A stretch of DNA of 64,000 nucleotides from Oculina patagonica. Lineage: Eukaryota. Numbering within the stretch: the first letter of the stretch is position 1; each line of letters starts with the position of its first letter. Of this stretch, positions 62,730 to 64,000 are shown piece after piece. The notes below the pieces were generated by a model. The model did not search any database. It saw nothing but the letters and a program-made list of their open reading frames with translations, and had not been told where the DNA came from. The position numbers were made by a program, and so were the translations under genes. The stretch spans positions 9,734,001-9,798,000 of the forward strand of contig NC_135761.1 of the NCBI RefSeq assembly GCF_052425735.1, read 5' to 3'.

Positions 62730-62990
62730 TTTTCCTTCAGTTTTCACAGCCTTCAGCGACTAGGAGTATTCCTTGCTTGTCCATCACAAAGTTACCCCCA
62801 CTCATAGTTGTAGAGGGGACCCCTTTACTAACTATGCCCCAGCATTAAATTTGCCGGTACCCATTTATACACCTGGGGTAGAGGGAGGCACTGTGAGTGT
62901 CAAGTGTCTTGCCGAACAACGCAACGGAAAGACCCCCTTCTGAGTTCGAATCCGGACCTCTAGATCAAGAGTCCAGCGGGCTATCGCGCT
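62730..62990 (-). mobile_element. tRNA-derived SINE fragment
   Basis: ccggtacccatttatacacctggg...aagtgtcttgcc...ttcgaatcc core, resembling invertebrate SINE2 families; B-box-like sequence on the minus strand. Confidence 0.65.
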
Positions 62991-63047
62991 TCCTATAAAT
63001 TAACATATTTTGGAAAATTAAAATATTCGATTGCTCCGTCTTCCTAG

Positions 63048-63123
63048 ATACCTTGACAACATCCGCAAGGATCCTGAAGAGGAAAAGTATCAAAAAATAA
63101 AACAAAGCAATAAAATCTTTCAG
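63048..63123 (+). CDS. PUB-domain exon 2, gene A'
   Basis: ttcctag| (R)YLDNIRKDPEEEKYQKIKQSNKIFQ |GTAAG matches the PUB signature YL.NI...P.EEKY.KI...NK.FQ. Confidence 0.88.
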
Positions 63124-63858
63124 GTAAGATGTCGAGATTATTATCGATTTACAGCAGCCCCTCTCAAACCATCAAGTAAAGAGAAAATATGGGAAAAAAT
63201 TTCTAACACGCCGCTTTATTCCTCTCACTTAACAACCTATTCATTTGCATTTTCCATGTCTAGGTCAGTGATCCGTTGTGGGGGGGGGGGGGGGGCGGGG
63301 TGTTGGTGGGGGTGGGGAAGGTGTGTTTACTAAACAAAATCAGATAAGCCCAGGTAAAGCACGTAAAACTCTTGAAATAAAATATTGAATAAAAAAGTAA
63401 AAGAAAAAAATAAGTCTTAGAAATACTGTACGTGCTTCCGAGTTGAAAGTTATCTCGAGCGTTAGTGCACAGGAGAAGCCATTGTTTACACAGCAAAGTG
63501 AAAAAAGAACAACAGCAGCAACTACAACAATACCAACAACAGCGACAACTGTAAGTTTTCTTTTCATTAATTATTATCAAGCACTAGACTAGCACGACTT
63601 AAGGTCTAGCCCATTGATCAAAGATCTTTAATAAACCCATTAATTGCGCAGTTCATTACGGGAATTTAGCCTTGATGTATTGTGGGCTGCCTCATTTGAA
63701 CTTGTTATGTGATGAATCACCTCTAAATAAAACCTTTTAGGCTCGATTACCAGTCTCTGTTTGGGAAAGACCTTAATTTGTCATGCGCGAATTGTGGTGT
63801 ATCAACTGCATTCTATGTCAGTTTGTTTTTGCTGACTTTTTCTTGTTTGTTCTTTTAG

Positions 63859-63937
63859 GAGCGTGTGGCGCCCGTCAAAGGAGCAACTGAATTTCTTCTC
63901 GCCTGTGGTTTTAAATACAAAGGTTTTCCAGATGAAG
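63859..63937 (+). CDS. PUB-domain exon 3, gene A'; gene continues off the right edge
   Basis: cttttag| ERVAPVKGATEFLLACGFKYKGFPDE |GT contains the PUB G..EFL...GF motif. Confidence 0.82.
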
Positions 63938-64000
63938 GTACAATTACGAAATGTTTAAATATTGTTCCATGTCAAGTGGCAGATTATAAACTCCACAACT

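Noticed and set aside
62515-63937. Calling this gene UBXN6
   Set aside because: Only the PUB part is visible. No UBXN6 N-terminal exons were found upstream, and the in-phase upstream exon is OTU, so the symbol is withheld.

Overview
AT-rich, intron-containing animal genomic DNA with two N scaffold gaps. The repeat families and cGLR type suggest a cnidarian such as a stony coral (inference). The window is an innate-immune gene cluster with five large exons encoding cGAS-like receptor (cGLR; Mab-21 family nucleotidyltransferase) domains. All five keep GS, DxD and third-acid motifs, and all begin at a phase-0 splice acceptor rather than an ATG. The ORF track misses a three-exon OTU cysteine-protease module (165+177+120 nt, all phase 0, GDGDC...W...HY) that is present three times. 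One copy splices in frame to a cGLR exon, giving a predicted ~922-aa OTU-cGLR fusion (13342->7204, minus). One splices in frame to UBXN6-like PUB-domain exons (56457->63937+, plus). The third runs off the left edge. The other four cGLRs form a ~22-kb inverted duplication (C,D | D',C') centred on a Harbinger-derived element and a gap. The rest is MITEs, LINE/SINE fragments, microsatellites, an array of duplicated non-coding exon-like cassettes and a tandem array of hairpins. All gene models come from reading splice signals by eye and need RNA-seq confirmation.
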